A DNA stretch of 64,000 nt from the human T2T-CHM13v2.0 reference genome, Homo sapiens, in the NCBI RefSeq assembly GCF_009914755.1, contig NC_060938.1. One strand, given 5' to 3'. The translations under genes and the position numbers were made by a program. This document shows, one piece after another, positions 12,679 through 27,300 of this stretch (position 1 is its first letter; every line of letters starts with the position of its first letter). The notes beneath the pieces were generated by a model. That model ran no database searches and was not told the DNA's origin. It saw nothing but the letters and a program-made list of their open reading frames with translations.

Positions 12679-14067
12679 TGAAAGAATGACTTTTCTTTAT
12701 GTTTTTTGCCTGATGACTCAAACCAGTTCAAAAGTTACATAAATCCTCAACTCCTGGCTCTTAGAAAACCACTAACTATTTTGAAGGTTATTGTACAGAT
12801 GCATCAGTATTTGCACAGAGCTGCAGTGCTTATAGGTGTAGGTATGAGAGCATACATAGAGTCTTTGTGTAGCATGAAGTCTTAGTAAACTGTCATGTCT
12901 ACATAAAAGTTTGTAAACTCTACGAAGTATGACAAGGAAAAACTTTAGAACAGCTAATATACAAATATCAGTCAGGATCTAGATATATGTTGGTCAGTGT
13001 CTGACATTATCACTGGAAGAACTGGTTAAAGACCAAGAAAAATGCCTGCCCACAGTTGTCAACACAGCTCAATTTCATGAATGTGCTTTTTCTGGTTGAT
13101 GGTTCATGCCACAAAAGCTGTATGTTTCTTGAGAGCTGAGGAAAAGAAAGGCTTCTTATGTGTGGTTTACATTGAACATTAGGACTGCCTCAGGCTACTC
13201 TGGCACACTGGGCTGTCTGTGTGCCTCTGTGTATGCCCTGTTCCCTGCACCCTCATTGGCATCCTATGGATGTGAGAAATATGCCTTCCATCTTTGTTTA
13301 GAAGTTACTCCGTTGTCTTTACCTGTAACATTTCCTTCTCTAAATCTTTTCTGCCTGGAAATGTTTTTTTTTTTAGTTACTAACAATTAATTGCCTCTCT
13401 TTTATATTTTTTCCTTAAGATGAGAATGTTATTTTTCTAAATATTATGGACTAACTCAGAATATGAAAATTCACCCTCTAAAATAACAAAACCAGAACTT
13501 CTCTTAAGAGATGTGGTTGACTCTATTTGCCTTAGCCTAGGTTGTGGGTATGGATCATTTTAATTGGCAATTTTTGCTTTGCATCACCGCATACAATAAA
13601 CATTCACGATTATGTTCTATGTTGCTGTTACATGGCAGAACTCCAGGTGATTTGGCCTAAGCGATCTTGCCACACCTCTTCCAGCTTTTGGGGGTGGTTA
13701 TTTTATCCAGAACCAGTTACTTTTAGTAACCTCAAAGACTGAAAAATAGAACCACTGAGGAAGAAATTTCAAGTGAACCTTGAGAAAATGAGCCCTCTGT
13801 CAAGCCACAGATGCTTGATGCAGATCTCACCAACAAAACATTTTTTTGCTTTGTTCTATGAAGCAACTAATCCATTCATTCAGTTGATGTAGCAAGCCCA
13901 AATTCTTCAAGTGTCATTAAATCATAAGGCCAAAAGGAATTCAGAAAGGGCAGAGAGCCCATTCTTCGTCATATGTAAAGCATTCTACCAGGATGAGAAT
14001 TCATACAATTGTTTTATTGGGGCAGTGGGGAGGGAAATAATCTCAAGAGATTTCACAGCTTTTCTCT

Positions 14068-14364
14068 CTTTTTTTTTTTAAAGACAGGGTCCCTCATTCT
14101 GTCACTCAGGCTAGAGTTCAGTGGTGGCCCTGCAGCTCACTATAGCCTCAACCTTCTGGGCTCAAGTGATCCTCCCACCTTAGCCTCCTGAGTATCTGGG
14201 ACTATAGGCATGCACCACTATGCTAAGCTAATTTTTAATATTTTTATAGAGACAGGGTCTCATCATGTTGCCCAGGCTGGTCTCATACTCCTGTGCTCAG
14301 GCAGTCCTCTCACCTTGGCCTCCCATAGTGCAGGAATTACCGGCATGAGCCACTGAGCCTGGCC
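14068..14364 (-). mobile_element. AluJ
   Basis: Reverse dimer. Confidence 0.9.
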
Positions 14365-14669
14365 CACACAACTTTTCTAAATAATTTCAGTATATAATAA
14401 GTCCTCTCCCTTTTCAATATTTAATTCCATTCCTCTAGCTACAGCTCAAATACACAATTAAGAGAGAATAAATGTCTTTTTATGAGCTGAGTGTTTTCTA
14501 AACATGAAGATTTTTGACATCTAAGATTCTGAGAACATGTGTTGGCCCTGCTTGCCTTAACCTAGTTATTGGATATAGATTATTGACTATAACGTGGTCA
14601 TTTGCAAAAAAAGAAAGAAGGAAAATTTGGTATAGCTCTCTACCCCCAGGCAAGTTGGGAGAGGAACAT

Positions 14670-14850
14670 AAGGAAAATAGATTTGGAGCCTGAGACCCTG
14701 GTTCAAGTCTCAGTTCTACCATTGGTCAGCTATGTGGCCTGTGGCCAGTTGTACCATTTCACCTGGCTTGTCCCTCATCTGTAATCTAGGAGATGGCATA
14801 TTGGCCATGGAATACACCATAGGATTTTAAGGTGCACAAATTAAACAGAT
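14670..14850 (+). mobile_element. MIR
   Basis: ggttcaagtctcagttctacc...cctcatctgtaa core. Confidence 0.6.
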
Positions 14851-16341
14851 ACAAGCACATGGTGACAAATGAAGATGGCTTACTATTGCATCTTTCAGTT
14901 CACTGGCCAGCAAACTGCATTTCAGCAGTCAGCTTGTTCAGATTCTACACAATAGACAGCAGGTCAGAAACTCAGTGGCTAATGGATAAAGCCTGCAGCT
15001 GGTAATGTGCCATGTCATACACATTAGCATAGCCTAGTACCACCAAACCAAAATCCTGTTCCACCTACTAAATGGCTGTTTTTACATGTCTGTTGAAAAT
15101 AAAAAAGATTATCAAATGTATTGCAAACTGTAAATGTCATTTTAAGACCAAAGGTTTTTTGTCATTTCCTTTTGTAAGCTCTTCATCACCTGCCTTAACA
15201 ATTTTCTAGTGACTTTTCTTTTAACAAGCAGGTATCTCCCACAGCTCTTATAACTACACTTTGTGTGTTTCATCCTATAATCATATTTTCTCTTCTCAAG
15301 CATCTGGCTTTGTTTTCTTTATCCTTTTTAGATGCAAAACTTGGACATGACACTCTTCTCAGCTATGCCCAATAAAATGATAATGTTCATAGATATCTTG
15401 TTAGCCCCTTATTAAATAGCTTAGCGTTACAGGCTTTTCAGCTTGTGGTCCACGGTGATCCCTGAGGCTTCTACTGCTGCATATAGCTGGCCACTCATTT
15501 CCCTATGCTGTATGTATTAATATGCCCTTATACTGTTAAATTTCTGCCTTTTATAGATGGACAATTTTTCTTTACTGCAGTCACTTGGATATCTTCTTTG
15601 TCAACTTAATCATCCCTACTTCACTTGTTTTCCCCCAGTCCTTTGGAATTAGTGTCTTCTAAATTGTGTTCCGTACGGTACTCTATTGGATAGAGTACAG
15701 AACTGGCTAGTGCTGAACACAGTGGGAGGAGTCCTCCTTAATCATTATCCTCCACATTATCTGTCACCCAAAGGCTTGTTATTTGTACAAGCAATCACAG
15801 GAAACCCGATCAGCTCTCCTCTCCTTGGTATTAGACCAGCATTCAGCCATTGCCCAGATTTTGCCACAGCCATTTGACAGGTGACTAATTGCTTCTCTCT
15901 GCTTCCTGAAAATACCATCTTTAGCAGGCCAAGCTTGTCTAAAACCCCCTTGCCATTCCTAAATAGTAGATGACTCCAAGTTTTCCCATCAGCAGCTTTC
16001 TACAACACAGACAGTGGCTGGCAGATGTTTTTCACAGGATATGATGATCTCAGTGACGATGCAGGAATTCACAGTGGTCTCCCCAGGCCTCATAGGTTCA
16101 GCACTCTGGGCCTTGACTGATGACATTCAGGCTTCCCAATCCTGTGTGGCTCATCGCTTGGCAAAGTCAGCAAATAGATGTAGGTCCTCCTTAAAGCAGC
16201 ACCCGCTGAGAGTAGCATCTTTTTTGCAGATTGGTCATCTAGCATCCCCTCCTATAAAGCTTCGCCACAGCTGGGAATGTAAAATCACCAGGTTGCTGTA
16301 CACGTGATCCATGGTTTCATTTGAGCATCAGGTCAAGATGA

Positions 16342-16680
<339 letters not shown>

Positions 16681-17304
16681 TCTTTTATATGGGGTATCAT
16701 GTACTTGTGTATCCTCTCTTCCTTTTCAAAATTAATATCCTGACATGACCAGACAGAATCTAAGGTTGTTCCTTTTTAGGAAAGGAGAAATGCCCTATAG
16801 CTTATAGAAAAATTAAAGTTAGTAGTTTCTTCATGTAGAATTTAGAGACAACTTGAGTAAATTTCTAGTGATTCCAATTTGGCCATACTCAGTTAAACTC
16901 ACTTCTTATACATTGAGAAAAGTAACATATTGCAGTTATTATTTCCTGTTACATCTAATGCTCTTTTCCTTTTGTTAGATATTATTGGTTCATTCCCTTC
17001 TTACGTAATTCCTATGACAAGATTTAACTCTCTGTGAGTAAAATGAAATTGCAGCCTATTAAATTAACATGAAATTTCCAGGATAATGAAAGAGCCCAGC
17101 CACACAGCTCCCCTTAAAAATTATGAAGCTGATAGCTTCATGGTAGTTGTATTGTAATTTAATCTACTTCAGAGATTCTTAGGTGAAGTGTATGGGTGCA
17201 CATCCCTTGACGCAGTCTCAGGCCAGTGGGTTGGTCAGCTGCAAGGAGCCCACCCACAGCTGTGCCCAGAGACAGACTCATTTTAGAGTGGGAGGAGTTG
17301 AGGG

Positions 17305-17468
17305 GCTAATGCAGTATTTCTTCAACCCAAAAAAACATGAGAATACTTTGGAAGTGTGTTAAAATACAGATTTCTGGGGCTCTGGAAGATCTAACACAAG
17401 CCCAGGATTCCCCAGTTACATCAGTACCTACAGGTGGCCATGTTCTGTGGCTTGAGAAACACTGCTGC
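17305..17468. mobile_element. MER5-like DNA transposon
   Basis: cagtatttcttcaa...gttaaaatacagatttctgggg...ttgagaaacactg termini. Confidence 0.55.
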
Positions 17469-17986
17469 CGCGACTTCACCTTCTTCACCTAGACAATATG
17501 GAACTGGATTTTGACCGTCATAACAATGTGTGTAATTCAACTGGATGAGAGTGAGCAGTAGGCCTCAGTTGGTGTGAACACTTGGAGGACATTTTACCTA
17601 ATCTTCCAGGCATCATTCCTCCTTTACTAAATTAAATATCTAGGATTGGGACACAAGAAAGTATGCTTTAGAAGAGCTCCCAGGTGACGCTCACAGGCCC
17701 ACTGAATTAGAGGCCCTGTGTACTGAAGTGCACAGCTTCATGCTGTGAGTTGTGTGCATTAAAGAAGAAAGCCATACCAGTGAATTGTTCATTTGTTTCT
17801 CTCATAACCTTTGTGCCTAAATCTAATCAATTAAATGGGGCTGTCTCAATTAGAACCACTAGTGAAAAGAAGTGCACTGGCATTTCACACCTGGGAGCTA
17901 GTGTCAGCCCATTGTGTTCATAGATAAAACCAAGGATCGGGGTTGATCTTATTTAACCAGTTATCCTTTTAAGAATACATGTGAAA

Positions 17987-18145
17987 GCCAGGTGTGGCAG
18001 TGAGCACTTGTAGTCCTGGCTACTTGGGGGGCTAAGGTGGAAGGATCGCTTAAGCCCAGGAGGCTGAGGCTATAGTGAGCTATGATTGCACCACTGCACT
18101 CTAGCCTGAGCAATGGAGCAAGACCCTGTCTCAAAAGCAAAAACA
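17987..18145 (+). mobile_element. Alu right monomer (FRAM/AluJ)
   Basis: Right-arm sequence plus A-rich tail. Confidence 0.85.
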
Positions 18146-18164
18146 AAAATTAAGAAAATAATAG

Positions 18165-19035
<871 letters not shown>

Positions 19036-19039
19036 TATT

Positions 19040-19274
19040 GACCTAGGCTCACTGCAACTTCCACCTCCCAGGTTCAAACAGTTCTCTGGGCTTAGCCTCC
19101 CAAGTAGCTGGGACTACAGGTGTGCACCACCACACCCAGCTATTTTTGTGTTTTTAGTAGAGACAGGGTTTCATCATGTTGGCCAGGCTGGTCTCAAATT
19201 CCTGACCTCAGGTGATCTGCCTGCCTTGGCCCCCAAAGTGCTGGGATTACAGACATGAGACACTGCACCTGGCC
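19040..19274 (-). mobile_element. AluS lacking its 3' end
   Basis: Reverse Alu with no poly(T). Confidence 0.88.
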
Positions 19275-19422
19275 TATTGTGGGACTTTTTAATATCAAAA
19301 TAGCTTCAAATTTACCGAAAAGTTGCAAAGATAGAGTTCCCATACACCCCTCACCAAGTTTCCCGTGTTGGCATCATCTTACATTAGTGTAGTACATTTA
19401 TTATAGCTTGAGAATCAATATT

Positions 19423-21820
19423 CCTTCAGCACTGTAAATATGTTATCCCCCACTCTGTGGGCCTGTAAGGTTTCCACCAGGAAGTTTGCTGCCAGATGTA
19501 TTGGAGCTCCCTTTTATTTTATTTGCTTCTTTTTTCTTGCTACTTTCAGATATCCTTTCTTTATCCTTGACCTTTGAGAGTTTGATTAATATATGCCTTG
19601 AAGTAGTCTTATTTGGGTGGGATCTTTTTGGAGTTCTGTGACCTTCTTGTACCTGGATATTTATATCTTTCTCCAGGTTTGGAAATGTTCATTATTCTTT
19701 TGAATAAACTTTGTGCCCCGATCTCCTTCTCTCGCTACATCCTCTTTAGGGCCAATAATTCTTAGATTTACCCTTTTGACAGGACAGGCATGGTGGCTCA
19801 TGCCTGTAATCCTAGCACTTTGGGAGGCCAAGGCTGGCAGATCACTTGAGGTCAGGAGTTTGAGACCATCCTGGCCAACATCGTGAAATTCTGTCTCTAC
19901 TAAAAATACAAAAATTAGCTGGGCATGGTGGCGGGTGCCTGTAATCACAGCTACTTAGGAGGCTGAAGTAGAAAACCTGGGAGCAGAGGTTGCAGTGAGC
20001 CAAGATAGTGCCACTGCACTCCAACCTGGGTGGAGACTGTCTAAAAAAAAAAGAAAAACAAATTTACCCTTTTGAGGCTATTTTCTAGCTCTTGTAGGCA
20101 TGTTTCATTCTTATTCTTTTTTCTTTTTTCTACTGTGACTGTGTATTTTCATGTAGCCTGTCTTGAGCTCACTAGTTCTTCCTTCTGCTTGATCAATTCC
20201 GCTGTTGAGAAACTGATACATTTTTCACTTTGTCAATTGAATTTTTCAACTCCAGAAATTCTGCTTGATTTTTAAATTACTATTTCAATCTCTTTGATCT
20301 CTTTGTTAAATTTTTGATAGAATTCAGAATTCCTTCTATGTGATATCTTGAAGTTTATTGAACTTGCTCGAGGACAGGTATTTTGAATTCTCTGTCTGAA
20401 TTCTGTGTCACTCTGGGATTGGTCACTGATGCCTTATTTGGTTCATTTGATGAGGTTATGTCTTCCTGGATGTTCTTGATGCCTGTGTACATTCATCAGT
20501 GTCTGAGCATTGAAGAGTTAGGTATTTATTCCAATCTTGGCAGCCTGGGCTTGTTTGTACCCGTCCTTCTGGAAAAGGCTTTCCGTGTATTCAAATGGGA
20601 CTGTTGTGATCTTAGTTTGTGGTCACTGTAGATGTATCAGCACTAGGGGGCACCCTAAGTCCAGGAACGCTTTGACTCACCAACTCCAAGAAGCACTGCT
20701 TTGATGGGCTTGGACAGGATAAGGGAGAATTCTCTGGGTTGCTAGGCAATGTCTCTCTCTCTCTCTTCCCTCTCAGGAGTCTCTCTCTGTGCTGGGTTGC
20801 CTAGAGTTGGGGAAGGTGATTCAAGCACTCCCATGGCCACCACAGCTGGCACTGCACAGGGTCAGACCTGAAGATAGCACGGTACGGGGTCCCACCCAAG
20901 GCCCGTGGTGACTGCTGTCTGGCTACCACCAATGATTACTCAAGGCCCAGGGGCTGGTTAGTCAGCAGGTGGTGAATCCTGCTGGGTCTGGGCTTTTCGC
21001 TTCAGGGCAGCAGACTCTCTTCTGGCCCTGGGTGGGTCTGGAACGCCACTCAGGAGCAAAGTTCTGGAATCGAGGGCTTCAGGATTCCACCTGCTTTATT
21101 TTCCTGTGGATGAGCTGCTACTCAGGTTGTAAGACAAAGCCCTCTGTAGTCTTTCCTTTCCTTTCCCTAAGTGGAAGGAGCCTCTCCCCAAACTTCCCTG
21201 CCTGGAGTTGGAGGACTGGTGGTGTAGGCATTCCCTTGGCCACCATGGCTGGTGTCACATGGGGTCATGTGCACCCCAAGTCCACTTCTTCTTAAACCAG
21301 TGCAGCTCTGGGGCTTGTTCAAGGACTGCAGTCCCTGTGGCCTGACTGCCACTCATATGTATTCAGGGCCCCAGGCCACCTTGGTCAGCTGGTGGCAGAA
21401 CCAGCTGGGACTCAGCTTCCTCCCACTCTGGCTGAGAATTCCCCTCTGGCCCAGAGCTGGTCTAAATGCTCTGTCCGTGGGTGCCAGCAGAATTCTGCTC
21501 AGTGTTGTGCTCTGCTGTAACAGGCCAGCAGTGAGTTCCAATGCAAAGTCCCACACCCTCTCCCTCTCTGACGTGCACAGATTCTCTCTCCAAGCTGCTG
21601 TGCCAGGGGTGGGGGAGGGAGCATAGGCGATGCAGGACCATCTTTCCCACCCTCTTCAGTGGTTCTTTCCCCTTGATATGATGTGACAAGCAGGTATTGT
21701 GATCACTCACCTGATTTTGGATTCTTATGAAGGTGCTTTTTTGTGTGGATAGTTGTTCAATTTGGTGTTCCTGTGGAGGCACAGTTGTTAGAGGGTTCTA
21801 TTCAGTTATCTTCCTCCCCA
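19423..21820 (-). mobile_element. Old L1 5' UTR plus ORF1 fragment, nested in an older L1 3'-end fragment and interrupted by an Alu
   Basis: Minus strand starts GGGGAGGAAGATAACTGAATAGAAC (L1 5'-end-like) and ends in decayed ORF1 sequence (...ETLQA...IFTVLK). Confidence 0.78.
19782..20060 (+). mobile_element. AluS inside the L1
   Basis: Dimer. TSD atttacccttttga. Confidence 0.92.
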
Positions 21821-22222
21821 AGTCAATATTGATACAGTATTATTAACTAGAGTCTGTACTTTATTTAGGTCAGGACGATTCATTTTTGACAAATGAAAGT
21901 GCCATCGAGGAACGCTTTGGGACCACATACTGTTAATTAAACCTCAAGTAAAAATAACTGAAAGTCTGTTGTAGCAAGAGTCAGCCATCTTTGGTCTCAC
22001 CCCATGCTGGAGAACTCAGAAAGGCTCAAATAGTGTGGTCCTGTGAGACCACTGGGCAGGAAGTATGAAAATCCTACAGTTAAAGGCCTTCCACTTTTAA
22101 CATGAGTTTTAGTCAACTAAAACTCTCATCCCTTATTTTGAAAATCTTGCCTTTTTCTGCTCTGGAACTCTTGAAACCCCAGAGTTTTGGACTCTTTAGT
22201 CATGCAGACTTTAGTTGTATAA

Positions 22223-22575
<353 letters not shown>

Positions 22576-23129
22576 TGAAATACATCGACCAGCAGCTTCC
22601 AGAGCCAATAGGAATGCCAGCTGCCATGGGGAAGGAGCACTCACTGTGCCCCTTGGCCTTGGATGTGAGTCTGAAGAGCCATAGCCCTGCTTGAGTCTCC
22701 TCTCCCCTCCTCAGCTTGGTCCCAGAGAGCATCACCACAATCCCTAGTTGTGAGGAAAGCAAGACAGAGGCATGGAGACGGTAGACCTTTTACTTCTCTT
22801 TCTTCTGTCTCTTGCCACTGCCAGACTTCCGTGACAAACGTCAGTGGTGCCAATGTGAAAAAAGTGAAAAAAGTTGAAAGTGTCCCTGACAGTCTTAAGT
22901 ATTTTTACTTTTTAAAGTGCAGACTAAGCCCTAGTGGTCATCTGTCACTTTGAGAGCAGACATTTAAATTATGATGAGAAAGCCAGGAAGGCCAGCCAGG
23001 CATCGCTGTTAATAGTTCATGAAAAATTCACTGTTGTTCAACCCAGCCATCACCCGTACCCCGGACAGCACTTTTATAGCTGACATAATGATCCTGAGAT
23101 ACACATGTCTTTGCCCTGCTTCTCCTCAG

Positions 23130-23369
23130 TACCATGAGCTCCCGACACTCTGCCAGCCCAGTGGTTTTCACCAGTGCCCGGAGTTCACCTAAAGAAGAGC
23201 TTCATCCAGCTGCCCCCTCACAGCTCGCACCATCCTTCTCCTCCTCTTCCTCCTCCTCCTCTGGTCCTAGGAGTTTTTACCCTCGCCAGGGCGCTACTAG
23301 CAAGTACCTGATTGGATGGAAAAAACCCGAAGGAACCATAAACTCCGTGGGATTTATGGACACGAGAAA
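23130..23369 (+). CDS. SIPA1L1: SIPA1L1 coding exon (240 nt): [10 protein letters not shown]...[30 protein letters not shown]
   Basis: ttctcctcag| acceptor and GAA|gtaaga donor. Matches ORF 23134-23373. Phase 2-2. Confidence 0.95.
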
Positions 23370-24152
23370 GTAAGAGTTACTTTCCTTCCCTTGCTGGTGG
23401 CTTGCTTTTAACAGGACAGAGAATAGAAAAGCTTGGCGTGATCTCTTACAACAAAAGAGGCCGGGCTAGGGGGTTGGCAGGAGTTGGTCTGTTGGTGGGA
23501 TTATGATTTTTTTTCCTAAGTAATATTTTCTTAAATTATTTCTCTGCCTCATTCCTTAAATAAGATTTATTGCAAAATGTTAGGATTTGAGAATCTTAGA
23601 TCTTGAAAAGAGTGTGTTTGAAGGATACACTTCAGAATAATTGCCCCTCTGGTGCTAAGACCATACTAGTCCCTTTGATTATATTAATCACAGCCTTCCT
23701 GTGTAATTCTTAACTAGGCCAGTAGGCACCAGAGGGAATATTACAAAGTGAGTGAGTACCCCTGAAAATAAAGGACTTTTTGACAAGGTAGTACATCAAA
23801 AAATTAAATGATTCATTCAATTATTTTGTTTTCGTTTGTGCAAAGGTTGCATTTTGGATGTATACCCTGTGGTCGTTTAGTAAATCTGTTGCTAATTTTG
23901 GCTTAGTAAAACTAATAGCTTTATTTAAAAGAGTGACTTATTCATCAGATTTTATTTTGTGTTTCAAATTGGTTTTGTTTCTTCAGTAAGCGTTTATATG
24001 AGTAGATTCGCATATAAACAGAAGTAATTATCTGTTTCTCCACATAATATTTCTCTATTGACTTATATTGACTTACATCCTTTAGAGCCCATCATGCCCT
24101 TGAGCCAGCCTTGTTGAGTTGGTATCTATCATCTCTTCCCTTTTTTGTCCAG

Positions 24153-24318
24153 GCGTCATCAGAGCGATGGCAATGAAATAGCCCACACCAGGCTGCGTGC
24201 CTCAACCAGAGACCTCCGGGCATCTCCTAAGCCAACCTCCAAGTCCACCATTGAAGAAGATCTAAAGAAACTAATTGATCTTGAAAGCCCAACTCCTGAA
24301 TCACAGAAGAGTTTTAAG
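24153..24318 (+). CDS. SIPA1L1: SIPA1L1 coding exon (166 nt): RHQSDGNE...[25 protein letters not shown]
   Basis: ttttttgtccag| acceptor and AAG|gtacaa donor. Matches ORF 24145-24369. Confidence 0.95.
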
Positions 24319-27300
24319 GTACAAGACAGAGCTCAGGGTAGATGGCAATTAGAAACAAGCCAGACATGATGGGGCTATTAACCATAGTCACACTTTCCAG
24401 AAAGTGTTGGTTACTGGCTGCTCTTCACTAAGTCTCACTTCCTGCTATCATCCCATTTCCCTGATAACTGGTCCACAGTGTTTGACAGTGCTCTGTCCCT
24501 GCAGCCACATCTCATTAGTCATGGTTTCTATTACCTGGTCCTACCCCTACAGCTGTTTATTCTTCTGCTGTGTCCTGCTCAGAGTGCATGATTCCCTGAA
24601 CATCACTTAGGTGATATGACTTCTTGGAAACTGTGCAGAGACACCTGTGGCTCCTATGGAAAGCTAGAACGTTTTCCATAAGGGTTTTACTGTCTTCTGT
24701 CCAGAGGGTCCTCGTCTTCTCAGAAATGGCCCCATTTGCTCCTGACCCTGTCTGGCAAACCTACTGGCCATATATGGTATTCTCTTCACTCAGAGAAACT
24801 GCCTGATAGACAGTCGCTCTCATTGCCACACCCCCAAAAGTAAATGTACAGCTGCTGCTTCAATCCAGCAATCTAAGTCTACCCACACACCTTCAGAACT
24901 TTCCAAACTCTCTTGACTTCATAAAGCCTTCTATTTTATGCTCAGAATTCCAGACTGTAAATGTCTTCTCTAAAACCCAGTCTCTCTGCACCAAGTCCTG
25001 AATACCTGTCCAGTGTGTACGTTTTTGTGTTGTCCAGACCTTTATGTGACCACATGGAAAGGTTTGTGTACTCGTCTCAGCTTGTAAGACCTTTGGAAAC
25101 TCACTTAAGGCTCTCTCCTTTCTTGTTCTATAAAGTGTGGAGTCTCACGCCCCCGGGGATTGGAATGGGTGTTTATTGAGCTGGGCCTGAAGTTACGTCA
25201 CTCTGAGTATAGGTATTTCTGTCTGAGGTCTTCTGGGTCTCCTAGGAGAAGGGAGTGCACCCCCAGAAAGGTCATGGCTGCAAACTTTGAAGTCTTCTGT
25301 TCTCTAGGTTCTTAGGTGGATGATTTGTAGTCTATTTGAAGAGACTAGAAAGCTTTAAGAAGAACCTTGAGAATTGAATTGATTGAAATGGAAGCTAGAA
25401 TATTTCCTAAACCACACACCAGCTTCAGACTGTGATCAGAGTGCAAGAGGCATGGCGGGTGGAGCAGCTGTGTGGGGCTGCCGCCCTCAGGCTTCCCTAG
25501 CACCATGCTAGCGTGTGTGTGCGTGTGCATGCATCTCCCCAGATAGGCCAGATAAACCCCCTAAACCTAAAAAATCAACATTCATAGGAACTGAATGTAC
25601 CCCCAAGGACCACTTTAGAGTTTTGTCGAGAAATAAATGATTTGTTAACATGATTTATGTTAATAAATCATTGTACAGATGTAGCCATTCTTGATTTCTG
25701 TAATTTCCGTCTCATAAGCCAGCACTTAACAGTTCTGACTCATCATTCAGGGCACAAATGGTTTCCTTAGCAACCTTGCGAAAGACAGTGCTTGAAACTT
25801 CTTTCTTTATCCATCAAAACCCAAAGAGGTATATTAAAATGTTCAAGTACCAGTTCAAAATAAAAATTATTTCAGATTTTTCCTTTGAGGTTAAAGGGAA
25901 ATAAAACCTGCCCTGAAGGGAGTTTTTCTTCCAACTCCTAGTTTAACATTTTTGGCAAGAGGCAAGCTCAGAGCCTTCATTCTTTTGATTTACTTATGCA
26001 GTAGAAATAATTGAAGGCAAATGTCTGATTTTGTCCTTATTCCAGGTCTTGGCTTTTATTTCCAAAATGAATTACTTTAGCATTCCTATTTGAAACAGGA
26101 GTGTGCTTTCTTTATGTTGTGACTGTATTACTGTGAGACTCCGCGAAGAAAGTGCTTCTGCTGGCTAAACCATCACAGTGAGAAGGCTGTAAGCAGGAAC
26201 TGGGAATAGGCCCAGGTTTTCTCTCTCCAGTTTCATCTTATTTGAGCAGGTTTAGTTTCAGATGAGTTCAGCTTAGTAGCTCCCTTTGTCTTCTGAGAGT
26301 CGTCATCTGAATGATGGAGGCTCTGCTGTGTCAGTAAGGCTGGCATGCCCTTGAGAGGTCTTCCAGGCCACTCCTGGCTCAAGGCTCTGAGTCACTGCCT
26401 CAGGCTTCAGGATACTAGGTGTCATGGCCAGCTTTGGGCTGTGACACTCCAAAGCCACTCATGTGCCACATTGATTTTCCTGGATAGCCAGTGCTACCTA
26501 TGAGTTTTTGTTAATATTGAGTGGCAGGGTCACTCCCAGGCTCATTTGTCAGCAGAGCAAGGACCTCAAGAACAGTGGCAGAGCTACAGCACTCTAAGAA
26601 ACCTCACTGGCAAGCAGAGATAGGATAACGTTATTTTCCCCAAGGGTGGCATACAGTCTGACAAGTGAACAGACAGTAGTGCCAGTGCTCTCAGGTATAT
26701 ACCAAAGGAGGTGGCTTCGTGTGGCTCCAGTATTTAGGAAGAGTTTCTTGTGAGTGCAGGTGACACATGTCACTAATAGCCAGGGGCACTGAAAAGAATG
26801 AGAGAACAGGAGACTGGCATGAAACAAAACGCCACCTCTCCAGGCCCCATTCCTCAACTGTGAGATAGAGGACCAGAGGAGATCAGTGGTGCCCAACCAG
26901 TCTTAAAGCTCAGGAAGCCTTTTTTTTTTTTTTTTAAATCACACATGGAACCCCATTATATAGAATTCAGACAGTAGAGTTTCTCTTATGGGAGGGATGG
27001 GATGGTCTGGACTCCTGGGTCCCACTTGAACCTCTCCGTAGCAGTGGTGCTATAAGGAACCCTTAGGGCCTCCTTGGAGCACAAGTTAGAACCAGCCCCC
27101 TTCTCGAATGTCCTCTGAAATCCCTTCCAGGTGTGATCCCACTTCCAGTGCCATCCCACTCCACTGCGATTCTTTCCCAAGGGCTGGCAGCACCAGGCAG
27201 CGCTCCTGGGCAATCCCAGGTACAACCTGCAAGGCAGGCAGGGGCTGCTCTTGGGAAGCAGTTAGTTCTGCACACCTTTAAGACTGGAGTTAAAGAGGAT

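Noticed and set aside
23645-23736. 11-bp inverted repeat ccctctggtgc/gcaccagaggg
   Set aside because: Chance-level for that spacing, and the interior does not pair well enough for a pre-miRNA or MITE.
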